A stretch of DNA of 64,000 nucleotides from Octopus sinensis (Eukaryota): contig NC_042998.1 in the NCBI RefSeq assembly GCF_006345805.1, forward strand, positions 6,386,001 through 6,450,000, given 5' to 3'. How positions within the stretch are numbered: position 1 is the first letter of the stretch; each line of letters begins with the position of its first letter. The notes under the pieces are model-generated. The model saw only the letters and a list, made by a program, of their open reading frames with translations, had not been told where the DNA came from and made no database searches. Positions 13,576 to 27,877 of this stretch are shown in pieces. A program made the position numbers and the translations under genes.

Positions 13576-15468
13576 CTAATGAAAGTCATTGAATAATGTA
13601 ATCTAGTGTTGACTTTATTCTAAAACACTGGTCCTCAACCATTTTTCTGCCTGCGGACCCCTTTGATTTCTGTTTAAATCTACTGGACACCCATAGCCAT
13701 TTGATACATCTAAAAATATCCTACTGAATTGAGCCAATCTGGATGAAAAGCATTCCATTCATTATTATCATGTTATTTTCTTCATCATGGACAACCAATA
13801 TTCAATGTATGCTAGCCATTTTCTTAAATGATATGGAGAGATTTGAGGTGGAACTAATTTCTAGTAGATCACGTGACTGCAAAAGAAGTTCTTTCATTGG
13901 TTCAGTGGTAACAGTGAATGACGATGAAACATGTGTACGAAACGAAACATCTGCAAACAATCAGGAAGAGAGGAGCAGTAAAACTACAGCATCAACTGCC
14001 ACAACAAATGATGAGACTTAACAGCCTAGAAAAAAAGCTATACTGATCTAATAATCAACAATCTCAAAAACAACCATATTTTCAATGTGACTTTATTATT
14101 AAACAGTCATTTCGCTTCTGTAACCAGCTTAAAAGAGGCAAATAACTTATCTAACTAAATTGTCTTGGGCAAGTTTTCGGTTCAGTTTTAAAATTTACAC
14201 TAACTATATTATAACTAACTAATAACTATATAAAATTTACACTATAAGCATCCCTATGTTATGCTTGCTTATTTTTGTTTTTATATTTCTATTTTGTTTT
14301 TTGTTTTGTTTTTTTAATATGGTTTATATTTCTCTAGATAGCCAGTGGCTACCACACTTACCCTCCACACTTAGATTGAAAAGATAAAGCCATTGTGATT
14401 TCTTCTTTGTTATGCCGGTAATACTTCTTATTACTGGCACGATAGCCAATTCACATATCAAGCAATATTTAAACCAATGCATGGTAAAAATAACAACATC
14501 ACTATATACTTGCAACAATTAAAAGAGCAGTACTATTGCTTTAATGACACAGACTCAAAACTGGAGATAGTATCAAAGAACAATTTCCTCTTAGGACATA
14601 CCAAATCATGAAGTTTTAAGCCACTATTCTGAAATGACGCCAAAAGTCCTGATCTCTAATTAGTTTCTGCAGCCTCAATGATAAGGGATATTCATTCGAA
14701 ATACAGCCCAAAACAAAAATCTTTCTGATAGCAGCAGAGATAAGACAGAGAGATCAGAAAACTAATTTTTGTTTTAGGCTACATGCTTCCTTATAATCAG
14801 ATAATATCTAGTTTTCTTTTGTTAACTTGTTTATCTAAGACACAAAGTCTATAATAAATTGTTTGAATATTCCACAATTGTCCTCAATGTTAGCTCATTT
14901 GTTTAATATAAACTTTTACAAACATCAAATTCTTCATTTCTTTTTTTATCTATATAACTGGCTTCAATATTTCTATTCTAATTGGTCAGAAACAATTTTT
15001 AAGTTATTCCTTTTGGCCTATTCACCTTTCCAAAGCGAAAACAAACAGCTAACATAGAATATTCCTTCTAAAGTTCAGCTATTACATTTTAGCCATCGAA
15101 AATAAAACTTGAATGTAATTATTATAAAGAATAGAAGTAGATGGTTAAATTCATTATATTCAGAATGAAGTAACACTAGTAGTCTAAGGAACCGAATGAA
15201 ATCAGTCAAAGAATTAGAAGTTCCAAACATGGAAACAGGGATTAGAATCAAAGAGGTCTCAGAGTTGATCTGGTAAATACAAATACAAAAGTCTTAGGAT
15301 AGATGCAGAACTTAGCTGTGGTTACGAAGTCTGTTTCCCAATCACGTGGTTTCAGGTTCAGTCCCACTGTATGGCACCTTGGGCAGATGTTTTCTACTTT
15401 GGCCTCAGGCAGACGAAAGATTTGTGAGTGGAATAGATCTTGCATATAGAAACTGAAAGAAGCCAACG

Positions 15469-15514
<46 letters not shown>

Positions 15515-16199
15515 GGTTGGATGGACGGACGGACAGACAAACAAAGGGCGAGATAATGGGATGCGGGTGTTGCAGCAGTTTGTCTCAGCAGAGCATGATA
15601 CTTGCATATGAGTTTTACAGCCATAGAAGCAGTGTCCCTCATTTCTAATCTTCCATAGAAACAGGTTTGGCTATGAGAAAAATATTACACACCCACAAAT
15701 ATATATCTATGTATGTGTGCATGTGTGTTTACATTTTGCACTTCACTGAAAAATTGCTGAGCAGCAAGCATTGATGTTGTCATTTCTCATTTCAACAATT
15801 CGTCAACTGGCTTTGCACTTTCAAAGACGTGAGGATTGAGAAGAAGAAAAAAAAAAGTAAAACCACTTACTCAAAAAAGCAGGTAATGGTTACTGACAAA
15901 AATGGCATTCGGCTGTAAACAACCACCTATAATATTTTTGTCCAACCCATGCTACCATAGGAAAAAACTTGAACATAAAAAACAAACTCACTTCCCGCTA
16001 GCACCTTATCTGTAAAAACAAAAACATTATTTTCCAGTCACTCAAGGCTTATGGTGTTGCATGCTGCATGGCGACCCCACTAGTGTTGGTTGTATAAAAA
16101 TAAAACACTGAGTACACACTGTAATAATAAGATAGTAGAGCATGATGCAATTCTGGAATCCACTGGATCCTATCAAATCACCCAACCAATTCCAGCATA

Positions 16200-16535
16200 G
16201 AACGTCTGGCACCTGTGTTCGTGGCACATAAAAAAAAACACCATCTGAGCGTGGCCGTTCGCCAGCCTCGTCTGGCACCTGTGTCGGTGGCACATAAAAA
16301 ACACCATCCGAGCGTGGCCATTCGCCAGCCTTGTCTGGCACCTGTGTCGGTGGCACATAAAAAGCACCCACTACACTCACGGAGTGGTTGGCGTTAGGAA
16401 GGGCATCCAGCTGTAGAAACACTGCCAGATCTGACTGGCCTGGTGCAGCCTTCGGGCTTCCCAGACCCCAGTTGAACCGTCCAACCTATGCTAGCATGGA
16501 AAGCGAACGTTAAATGATGATGATGATGATGATGA
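16200..16535 (+). mobile_element. Family D retroposon with three modules
   Basis: Match to 8521-8838. Confidence 0.85.
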
Positions 16536-17295
16536 ACGGTGAAGGTGGTATCATAAAAGCATAACATCTCAGTAATCCCTAAGAGCCCCTTGTATTAGCT
16601 GCAACCAATTTTTGCATAATACGTATTGTGGGGTTGCTTTTAATAACATAGAAGTGGAGGCTAAAAAATTATTGAGGACTACTTTTTCTTCCCATTTTAT
16701 TTTGTTAATGTGACAAGTTACACACAACTGTAACCAGTTACTATACCTAATAAATCTTTGAAAACACAAGCTTTCCTTGGACAGTGAGTGATTTGGTTGT
16801 GAAATGTTGATATACAATGAAATAGTGCATGATGAAAGCAACATGTAATGGGAGTGAAAGAAAGCAAGGATACAAAGGGACATAAACATGAAGCTTTATG
16901 TAGAGAAAGATTAGGAGTGGCAGCAGCAAAGAAAAAAATGAGGAGAAAGGATTAAAAGAATACGAAGAAAAAAGGGAAAGAAAATAATGGCAGAAAGAAT
17001 TTTTCCCTCCCTTTTTTTTTTTTTTTTTTTTCATCTAATATTATATCAAGAAATAAAAGTATACAGATAATTATATGGTAACACCAATTCTGAAAATGAC
17101 TTGTGGTAAGCTAACAATGATGGAACAGGAATGGGGGGGGGGGTAGAAAATGGACAATGACGAAGTTAGTTTCCACTCTAGAAATATTATACTGTGTTGA
17201 ATGCATTCCAGGCACCGAATTCAATATTTTCATGCCTCAATCAGCTGAACCTATGTTGACAAGGAATATTGAGAAACAAGGAATATTGAAATGTA

Positions 17296-17722
17296 GGCAC
17301 AGGAGTGGCTGTGTGGTAAGTAGCTTGCTAACCAACCACATGGTTCTGGGTTCAGTCCTACTGCATGGCATCTTGGGCAAGTGTCTTCTACTATAGCCCC
17401 GGTCCAACCAAAGCCTTGTGAGCGGATTTGGTAGACGGAAACTGAAAGAAGCCTGTCGTATATATGTATATATATATATATGTATGTGTGTGTGTTTTTG
17501 TGTGTCTGTGTTTGTCCCCCTAGCATTGCTTGACAACCGATGCTGGTGTGTTTACGTCCCCGTCACTTAGCGGTTCGGCAAAAAGAGACCGATAGAATAA
17601 GTACTGGGCTTACAAAGAATAAGTCCTGGGGTCGATTTGCTCGACTAAAGGCGGTGCTCCAGCATGGCCACAGTCAAATGACTGAAACAAGTAAAAGAGT
17701 CAAAGAGTCAAAGAGAGTAAAG
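17296..17722 (+). mobile_element. SINE family A
   Basis: Full-length match. Confidence 0.9.
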
Positions 17723-17901
17723 AGACATCACAAGACTTACAAATATTCAAAATACACTATTGACAAACAATTGGTTTCTTAGCAACAGCATTTTTTCCCT
17801 AATTCAAATGTGTACAGAGAAATGAAACTGAAATAGATAAAATTAGTGTTTGAAATATTCAGAGAGAAGCAAGAAAGAAAGAAAAAAAAGAACGAGATTA
17901 A

Positions 17902-18347
17902 CCCTTTTGTTACCAATCCGGCTGAAACCGGCTCTGGCTCTGTTGTACAAATGTCTTGTTTTCTTAAGGTTTCAATTAAAATCTTCCACCAAACCTTAGT
18001 CACAATTTATGTTCCTAACACTAGTTGAATGATAACTAAGTTATTTTACTAAATTCTTTGTTATATTTAACCCTTTAGTGTTCAGATTATTCTGTCAAAT
18101 GCGAGGCTTATTTATTCACATTATTCTGAATTAGTCATGCATTATCTTGTAGTTTAGAGTATTTAGGTGAAGTGATTTTTTAGTTTTAGAATGACATGGT
18201 AGGGCTGAGGTGAGAGGCAAGATCTGGTCAGTTTCAATATGAAACAGGTTAAATATTTTGGCCGGATATGGCCGGTTTGAATGCTGAAGGGTTAAAGTAA
18301 TTGAAAGAAACACAGAACATCTCAAAATAGATACAGAAACGAAAGGG
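17902..18347. mobile_element. TTAA (piggyBac-type) MITE P2 with MITE P1 nested at an internal TTAA (18071-18291)
   Basis: Both are bounded by TTAA|CCCTTT...AAGGG|TTAA. Confidence 0.85.
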
Positions 18348-19654
18348 TTAATATGAATGATTTCTAAGAGGATAGTTAACTTTAATTGGTTTTAATAAAT
18401 AAAACAATTTGTTTGGGGCTTTTATCGTTGTTGTTGTTGTTGTTGTTGCTGCTTGTAAAAGAAGAGCAGAAATGACATAAAATTTATACAAGTTGTTACA
18501 ATGAATATATATGCTGAATAAACTACCTAGATTATTGGGGCATCAAGTCAACTACAAACTAGAAAGAATAATTCGTAGTGGGTGTTACGAAAATCAAGCG
18601 AATTTATCTATCCATTAATATTTGGTGAAGGGGGAAAGAGGTGGACACGAATATCATAGCAGATATGGTAATGAGGGTAGTTTGAATATTGAACGAAATA
18701 ATTCTGGAAACTATTAATGTTTTAAACGAGTCAATGTGAAAAGAAGAGAGGTTGTTTTTTTTTTTATAATTATTTTACTGGCAGCTTTACATAAAAGTAC
18801 CAAATGCAGTTTTAAAACAGCTTTGATGTTTTAATGGTATTTCAGAATGCTGTATACCTCGAAAAATATAAACACTTCGCAGAGATGACATGAAGCTGCA
18901 GGCCAAGCAGAGAGTCATAAAGTTTAACGCCATAACAATATTGCTTAAGTTAATAAACAAAAATCTATTTTTAAAACTTCACTCAAATTTATTTCCACAC
19001 TCAAAACAGGGTGCAATTATCGTTAACCAACTAACAATGAAGATTTCCTTTTAATTTTTTTTATTTATTTATTTTGTTTGTTTTTGGGGTGTTTTTTTTT
19101 TTGTTTCAGTTTGCTTTCTCCCTTTGGGGGATTTCTTCAATTTATGCATTCACAATTTACAGCGATTTCTATATTTATGTTGTTAATCAGAAACACACAA
19201 TCTTCTTTGAGGTTGTCTACTTAGAATAAATATCCACTATATGCTTTCATTTTCCTATATGACCTTGCCATTCTCTCCACCATCCCCACCACACACATGC
19301 ATGTGTGTGTGCACACATGCGCGCGTGCACACACACACACACACACTCATGCATTCACACTCATACTTTATCTGTATAGAATGATGCTTCTGTTCAGAAC
19401 ATATCAAAAATCGTTGCAGGAGTAACCAAGGCCATTTTTACTCAGAATTCTCAATAGCAAAAAAAAAAAATTCAGCAAAAAGTAGTAAATAAAATAAAAT
19501 AGAATAAAATTAAATTAAAAAAAAAAGCAAATGAAAATGACACAAATAGAAATTATTTTAACCATGATGACATATAGCAACATGAGTTCAGTATACCCCA
19601 AACAAAACACAGTTGATATTTCTAACAGCTGCAATAAGAAGGTAAAAGTACACA

Positions 19655-20050
19655 CTGTGTGGTAAGTAGCTTGCTAACCAACCACATGGTTCTGGGTTCA
19701 GTCCCACTGCGTGGCATCTTGGGCAAGTGTCTTCTGCTATAGCCCCAGGCCGACCAATGCCCTGTGAGTGGATTTGGTAGACGGAAACTGAAAAAAGCCT
19801 GTTGTATATATGTATATATATATATGTGTGTGTGTGTATATGTTTGTGTGTCTGTGTTTGTCCCCCTAGCATTGCTTGACAACCGATGCTGGTGTGTTTA
19901 CGTCCCCGTCACTTAGCGGTTCGGCAAAAAGAGACCGATAGAATAAGTACTGGGCTTACAAAGAATAAGTCCCGGGGTCGATTTGCTCGACTATAGGCGT
20001 GCTCCAGCATGGCTGCAGTCAAATGACTGAAACAAGTAAAAGAGTAAAAG
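19655..20050 (+). mobile_element. SINE family A
   Basis: Match, first few nt missing. Confidence 0.9.
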
Positions 20051-20300
20051 AATATATATGGGTGGTGGAACAAACAGGAACTCAATGACTATGAGAGAGT
20101 ATATGTGTGTGCAAGTGAAATTAACTATTGCATGTGTGTGTGAGAATGCATACATATATATATACATACATACCAACAGATGGATAATGGTTCGTTCACT
20201 ACAACTGTTTCCAACAAGTCTTTTACTGATGAATAGAGATATTACATCATGCGAGAAAAACCATTTTCATCAGGTGAATATACATGAATTACACATTTAA

Positions 20301-20522
20301 CCCTTTTGTCAACGTATTTAGTTTGAGATGCTCTGTGTTTCTTTCAATTAATTTTAACTATAACAAAGAATTTAGTAAAATAATTTAGTTATCATTAAGC
20401 TAGGGTTAAGAGCATAAATCGTGACTAAAGTTTGGTGGAAAATTTTAATTCAAAACTTATGAAAACAAAACATTTGTACTACAGAGCCAGAGGCGGTTTC
20501 AGCTGGGTTGGTATCGAAAGGG
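20301..20522. mobile_element. TTAA MITE P2
   Basis: TTAA|CCCTTT...AAAGGG|TTAA; homologous to 52589-52808 and 13355-13575. Confidence 0.85.
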
Positions 20523-21633
20523 TTAAAGAAATATTCCAAAAATCACCAGTTTCTGCCACCTGGGGATTCCCTGACCAATAACAGTCAAAAGAATTTACCC
20601 AGCACACTCCGTAATGTAGCTGGCATTAAGGAAAGCATCCAGCCATAGAAACCAAACGAAATCAGACTGGAACCTGGTGCAGCTCTCCAGTTTTCCAGCT
20701 CTGGTCAAACCATCCAACCCATGGCAGTATGGAAAGCTGACGCTAAAGGATGATCATGGTAGTGTCCCAATTTTCCATGCTTGCATGAGTCAGACAGAAT
20801 TTGATGAAGCAGACTTTCCACAGCCGGACAGCCATTCTGTAGACAACCCCCATCTGTTTCTAAGGAAGGTAATATTCCTCCCAGACCGGGCATATTTTGA
20901 TGGAAGACTGAAACAAAGGACACTGTCTGCAAGGAGATGACACTTTCTTTTATTCTTTTACTTGTTTCAGTCATATGACGTGGCAATGCTGGATCACTAC
21001 CTTGAAGGGTTTAGTCAAACAAATTGACCCCAGGACATATTCTATTGGGCTCTTTTGCCGAACCACTAAGTTACAGAGACATAGACATAATCACACCAAC
21101 ACCAGTTGCCACGCAGTAATGGGGGAGACAAACACACACACACAAACATATATATGTATATATAATAATAATATTAGGGAGTATAACTCCAAACTTACAA
21201 GGAAAAATTCAATTTAGTATTAAATCAAATTACACAATATAAATATATATATAAATTAGAGAAAAACCACCATTATGTCATTCAAACAATGATAGATGTA
21301 AATCACACCATATAGAAAAAATAAAATATATGATAAACCATTTACCTAGATCACAATAAAGTACATAATAACAATAAATAAACAGTATATAATTAGTAAA
21401 TAAACTACATACGTTTCGCCTATCATTGTTTGAATTACATAATAGTGTTTTTTCTCTAATTTATATATATATACGACAGGCTTCTTTCGGTTTCTGTCTA
21501 CCAAATCCACTCACAAGGATTTGGGCAGCCCAAGGCTATAGTAGAAGACATCGCCCAAGGTGTCAACAAGAACAGACAAGGAGATTAAGTCGATTACATC
21601 AACCCCAATGTATAACTGGTACTTGATATATCG

Positions 21634-21990
21634 GCGAGCTGGCAGAAACGTTAGCACGCCGGGTGAAATGCTTAGCAGTATTTCGTCTGCGTTACGTTGT
21701 GAGTTCAAATTCTGCCGAGGTCGACTTTGCCTTTCATCCTTTCGGGGTCGATAAATTAAGTACCAGTTACGCACTGGGGTCGATGTAATCAACTTAATAC
21801 CTATGTCTGTCCTTGTTTGTCCCCTCTGTGTTTAGCCCCTTGTGGGTAATAAAGAAATAGGTACTTAATATATCGACCTCAAAAGGATGAAAGGCAAAGT
21901 TGACCTCAGCAGAATTTGAACTCAGAACATAACAGCAGACAAAAAATACCTCTAAGCATTTCGCCCGGCATGCTAACATTTCTGCCAGCT
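21634..21990. mobile_element. SINE family C (+) followed by an inverted partial copy
   Basis: gcgagctggcagaa...ctttgcctttcatcctttcggggtcgat...cccttgtggg, then its reverse complement from ~21870. Confidence 0.85.
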
Positions 21991-22804
21991 CACCGCTTGT
22001 AAGCTTCTTACCACACAGCCACACTTGTGACTATATTTTCCATTATTTTTAAACATCAATAGAAATAAAGGCAGTGTTTATCATCTGAATTATAGTAAGA
22101 AAAGGGTTTAAAGAATTTGTTAAACGCTGCCTATCAAATATATTACAAATGCAGGTATTTGAGATATTCTCAACCTGTTTCCTTCTGTCTTTACATCTTA
22201 TCAGAGGTTGGAACATGCATTTATCAACAATTAACAACGTATTTATGCACATCAAAATAGAAACCAATACGTGAACCATATTACAGAAATAAAAGAAAAC
22301 GATTTTTTTTTTTTTTTCAGAAGTATAAAATTTTAAAATATTACCACAACAAAAGTTCAAAAAAACTATAAAAAAACTAATATTCAAATTAAATCTTAAT
22401 ATTCTATTGAATATGTTTAAAGTTGAACATTACCAGTGAGGATTGAGCAGGAAATATCTAAAAATGGGTTTATTCAAATGTTTTTGGTGTATGTTCTAGT
22501 TGTTAGATTATAAAGGAAAGTGATGTTATTGCAGGAAAGACTTTATTTTTATGTTTGTTTTCTTTTGGTTTTTAATGCATAAAATATTTTGTGAAAAATA
22601 AGGTTATGCATGTGTGATTTGTAATTTATTACATAATAATAATAATAACAAAAATAAACTATACACTAAAGACAATGAAAATACACTTTAGTAGAAATTA
22701 AATGCAATTACCGAATATGAGAGTATATAAGATGAACATTTTTCCTTAAAAATGCTCAAAAAAATGCTCTGATTCCTTTATGTTGAGATTCCTGTAAGTT
22801 TTAA

Positions 22805-23446
22805 CCCTTTTGTTACTCAATTTCTGTTGAGATACTCTTTACTATTTTCTTTTTTACTTGTTTCAGTCATTTGACTGCGGCCATGCTGGAGCACCGCCTT
22901 TAGTCGAGCAAATCGACCCCAGGACTTATTCTTTGTAAGCCCAGTACTTATTCTATCGGTCTCTTTTGCCGAACCGCTAAGTGACGGGGACGTAAACACA
23001 CCAGCATTGGTTGTCAAGCAATGCTAGGGGGACAAACACAGACACACAAACATATACACACACACTTATATATATATATACATATATACGACAGGCTTCT
23101 TTCAGTTTCCGTCTACCAAATCCACTCACAAGGCATTGGTCGGCCCGAGGCTATAGCAGAAGACACTTGCCCAAGATGCCACACAGTGGGACTGAACCCG
23201 GAACCATGTGGTTGGTTAGCAAGCTACTTACCACACAGCCACTCCTACGCCTACTCTGTATTTCTTTCAATTAATTTAGAATATAACAAAGAATTTAGTA
23301 AAATAACTTAATTATCATTAAGCTTGTGTTAGGAACATTAAATTGTGACAAAGGTTTGGTGGAAGATTTTAATTCAGAACTTTTCAAAACAAGACATTTG
23401 TATTACAGAGCCAGATGTGGTTTCAGGTGAGTTAGTATCAAAAGGG
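22805..23446. mobile_element. TTAA MITE P2 split by SINE A
   Basis: TTAA-flanked ends; the two halves join around the SINE. Confidence 0.8.
22846..23271 (-). mobile_element. SINE family A nested in a TTAA MITE
   Basis: Full-length reverse match that splits MITE 22805-23446. Confidence 0.9.
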
Positions 23447-24319
23447 TTAATGTACTAAAATCTTTTATCCTGAATATGCACTGCTGGAATTGTGTTTAAT
23501 ATACCCACTGCATCTTTGGTTATATAATTTAGTTATAACAGACCTAGGCATACACATACAACAAATACACATACATACATACATACATACATACACACGA
23601 GAAAAACGGATTTTTCATGGCCTTTTTTGTAGCTTTTTCATTATGAAATTTAAAAACAGGGTGAGTAACTACCTTGAGAAACAACATACCCAAGTGTGTA
23701 TGGGAAGTTTTGATAAAGACAACCCAGAAAATAAATCACAAAAATTCTGCAATATGTGTGTTGGTTTTAATAGCCAAGATACAGAACATAAATAAATGAT
23801 AGAGGAAGAGATTAAAATATTCTCCCTTCATGATCATCATCATCGTTTAATATCTGCCTTTCATGCTGGCATGGGTGGGATGGTTTGCCAAAAGCTGGCC
23901 AGGCAGGAAGGAGCCTGCACCAGACTTCTGTAACTGTTTTGGCAGGAGTTTTACAGCTGGATACCCTTCCTAACACCAACCACTCAGCAGATTGGACTTG
24001 GTAATTTTTATGTGGTTACAAGCACAGGCAAGGTCGGTTTTGACAAGGTTTTTACAGCTGGATGCCTTTCCAAACACCAATCACTTTACAGTGTGGACTG
24101 AATGATTTTTAAGTGGCACCTGCACTCACAGGGTCACCAAATAACTTCCAAGACAAAAATCATTTGCAAGGTGAGGGGGAATTGGAGGAGGTGATCTTGT
24201 GTCGGATGATGAAAGGCCATAGTGAGACAGAGAAAGAGAGAAACAGGTCTTAGGTTCCAGTCCTTCTCAGGACTAACCTCTGACCACAGAGCGACTCAGC
24301 CAATTCCAGTTCCAAAGCC

Positions 24320-24550
24320 AGCGAGCTGGCAGAAACATTAGCAAGCCGGGCGAAATGCTTAGCGGTATTTTGTCTGTCTTTATGTTCTGAGTTCAAATTC
24401 CGCCAAGGTCAACTTTGCCTTTCATCCTTTCGGGGTTGATAAATTAAGTACCAGTTATGCACTGGGGGTCGATGTAATCGACTTAATTCCTTTGTCTGTT
24501 CTTGTTTGTCCCCTCTGTGTTTAGCCCCTTGTGGGTAGTTAAGAAATAAG
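24320..24550 (+). mobile_element. SINE family C
   Basis: Full-length match. Confidence 0.85.
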
Positions 24551-25424
24551 AAACAGGTGTCTTGCTGTAGAGATACAAGATTACTCAGCCACAGAGAAAG
24601 AGAGAGAGAGACAGACAGAATGAAGACAGAAACAGGTGTGCTACTGTAAGGAGATACATGGTTACCCAATTACCCAGCCTGAAGGAAATGCAGGAGAAGG
24701 AGAGAGAGAGTGAGAGACAGCAGGATAGAGAGGGAGGAAAAGTGCCAGGCATGCTCACAACGGATGGGGATCAGAATATAAATGGAATGGTTGAGTAAAG
24801 GAAGAAAAAGAGATATAGATGGTGGCAAGTGCCAGGACATACCCTTGAGGTTTGAGGGTCATAAATATAAGTGGCAGGATATTGTGAAAGGAGCAGGACT
24901 AGAGAGTGCAGCAGGGTGAGAAGTGAGTGGTGAAAACTTGGGTAGATATAGAGTGGGGGGGGGGGCTGCCACCGGATAGCAATGATAGATTTCTTTATTG
25001 GCCACACAGGGCTAAACACAGAAGGGGCAAAATACAAAGTAGAGCTTTACTTTTCGGGAAGAGAGAGAGTAAGGAAGGGGGGGCAAATTCCGATCAAAAG
25101 GGATCGGGGGAAAAAAAAAGATAGCAATGATAGCAAGCAATCTCCTTTAGATGTGAAAATTCCTAACTTACTTTGAAACAACAATATACAATTTTTTTTT
25201 TCAGGTGCCACACAGTGGGATTGAACCCAAGACCACATGGTCAGGAAAAAGCTTCTTAACCGCACAGCCACACCTGAACCTATGAAATTCTATAAAAGTA
25301 TATAAAATATATTTCCAATATTTATTCATTGCATCAGACACATAATCTTTAGTGTTAGATTTCTTCAAATACAAACCAATTCCAACAACTTCTGATGATA
25401 CACTTGGATGCTTTCTTATTTCTT

Positions 25425-25823
25425 ATTGCCCACAAGGGGCTAAACGTACAGGGGACAAACAAGTATAGTCAAAGGGGTTAAGTCGATTACAATGACCCCA
25501 CTTATAACTGGCACTTATTTAATCGACCCCGAAAGGATGATAGGCAAAGTCGACCTCGGCGGAATTTGAACTCAGAACGTAGCGGCAGACGTAATACCTA
25601 TTTCTTTCCTACCCACAAGGGGCTAAACACAGAGGGGACAAACAAGGACAGGCAAACGGATTAAGTCAATTACATCGACCCCAGTGCGTAACTGGTACTT
25701 AATTTATCGACCCCGAAAGGATGAAAGGCAAAGTCGACCTCAGCGGAATTTGAACTCAGAAAGCAACGATAGACGCAATACCGCTAAGCATTTCGCCCGG
25801 CATACTAACACTTCTGCCAGCTC
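25425..25823 (-). mobile_element. Two tandem SINE family C copies
   Basis: Reverse matches at ~25425-25595 and ~25600-25823. Confidence 0.85.
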
Positions 25824-26590
25824 AACACCTTAACTAGGATGCTTTCTGCATTAAGAGAGAATTCTAGCTCATAGCTGGCATAATACTAGATAGTGACCTA
25901 GCAGTTGATCACTAATGAAATTAAACTAATAAATAAATTTGAATAATTATACAAAGACTAGATTCATTACGTAGGATCAATATAACAAATAAATTAAACT
26001 AGTTTGTTTTAACTCTTGATACAGATAGCTACAGCTTCTTTGGTTTTTTTGCTTGTTTTTTAATTAATTTATCAATTAATCATTGATTAGAAAGAAAAAA
26101 AAAATTCCTCAGAAGAAAAACTAAACATCTCTTATGAAAGACAACCAACCATATCAACGTACTTTGGTATTATAACAGTTAATGGAAATTCAACATACTC
26201 GACAGAGAGAAAAAAATTTGGAGGAACACTGCCAGGAAATGTAAAAACAGTGTATCAAGAGTTTAATGCCCTATAAAACTTGACTATATCGGAATCAAAA
26301 ATCAATAACTGAATAATATACTCAAAAACGAATCTCTTAAAGAGTCTAAATGTGCAAATCAAACAGAAGGAAAATTATTTATGGGATTTGGTGACCAAAG
26401 AAATATGATTCAGGTGATTGGCTCAGTTAGTTTAGATTAATTCAGCCACTATCTCACTAATTTGCAATCAGACTGTGGAAGAAGTATCATTATTATATAT
26501 ATACATATATATACATACATATATATATACATAGATATACATACATATATATATACATATATATACATACATACATATATACATACATAC

Positions 26591-26625
<35 letters not shown>

Positions 26626-26879
26626 CATACCTATATATACATACATATACATATATATATACATACCTATATATACATACATATACATATATACTAAGCA
26701 ATAAAGGGTTTAGCAACGAATTGCCTTACCACATACCGAATTTAGAAATAGCAGTCAAAGAGTTATAGCTATTTCTTCTACTAAAAAGGGAGATCTCAGT
26801 AAAAACAGCAATTGGAAGGCAGACACAAACAGGTAAGAGAGAATGAATTGACGGCAATCTATCATACAATTTTAAGTTA

Positions 26880-26979
26880 TCTACGGACGCACGTTTCGAA
26901 ATCAAGTTTTTAGGAAAGCATAAGAATTAAATATTAAATAATTCTACCTTACCAAAACTTCTTTTCTCTTCAGCGTAGA
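26880..26979 (-). ncRNA. Type-I hammerhead ribozyme (family H2), copy 1
   Basis: Minus strand: TCTACG-CTGAAGA-GAAA...long stem II...TTTC-GAAA-CG TG CG-TC^CGTAGA. Perfect 6-bp stem I, intact core, GUC triplet. Confidence 0.8.
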
Positions 26980-27484
26980 ATACTATAATCATAAATGATT
27001 ATGTATTGAATTTTGAGATACTAGAAGGCACCAACTCAACTCAGTATCAGAGCGAGCTAGAATCCGCAACTAGTATCACTAAATTCAAAGTGTGAATGAA
27101 AAGATTGTGTCACCAGCCCCTTCCCACCCGCGTGTAGCCAAAACAAGATGCTGTGGTCATCTACTGAGATAAAATATGGTTATCCGTAATAATGAAGGGT
27201 GAAATTAATTAATTTGGAATAATTATCAATTACACCAAGTAGTCTTCGGCATGTAAAAGCCTCATTCGAGGAAAATTTAAGTATCTGCCTTCCAATTGCT
27301 GTTTTTACTGAGATCTCCCTTTTTAGTAGAAGAAATAGCTATAACTCTTTGACTGCTATACATATATATATACATACCTATATATACATACATATACATA
27401 TACATATATATATACAATATATATATACATACATATATATATATACATACTTATATATACATACATATACATATACATACATAC

Positions 27485-27519
<35 letters not shown>

Positions 27520-27777
27520 CATACCTATATATACATACATATACATATAATATATATATACATACCTATATATACATACATATACATATATACTAAGCAA
27601 TAAAGGGTTTAGCAACGAATTGCCTTACCACATACCGAATTTAGAAATAGCAGTCAAAGAGTTATAGCTATTTCTTCTACTAAAAGGGAGATCTCAGTAA
27701 AAACAGCAATTGGAAGGCAGACACAAACAGGTAAGAGAGAATGAATTGACGGCAATCTATCATACAATTTTAAGTTA

Positions 27778-27877
27778 TCTACGGACGCACGTTTCGAAAT
27801 CAAGTTTTTAGGAAAGCATAAGAATTAAATATTAAATAATTCTACCTTACCAAAACTTCTTTTCTCTTCAGCGTAGA
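27778..27877 (-). ncRNA. Type-I hammerhead ribozyme (family H2), copy 2
   Basis: Same sequence as 26880-26979, 898 bp downstream, in the second tandem unit. Confidence 0.8.

Noticed and set aside
13743-14021. 92-aa non-repetitive plus-strand ORF
   Set aside because: No recognisable domain or splice context; begins next to a MITE remnant.
26120-26450. Coding-like stretch next to the HHR array as a Penelope RT or GIY-YIG remnant
   Set aside because: No RT or GIY-YIG motif was recognisable; interrupted by stops.
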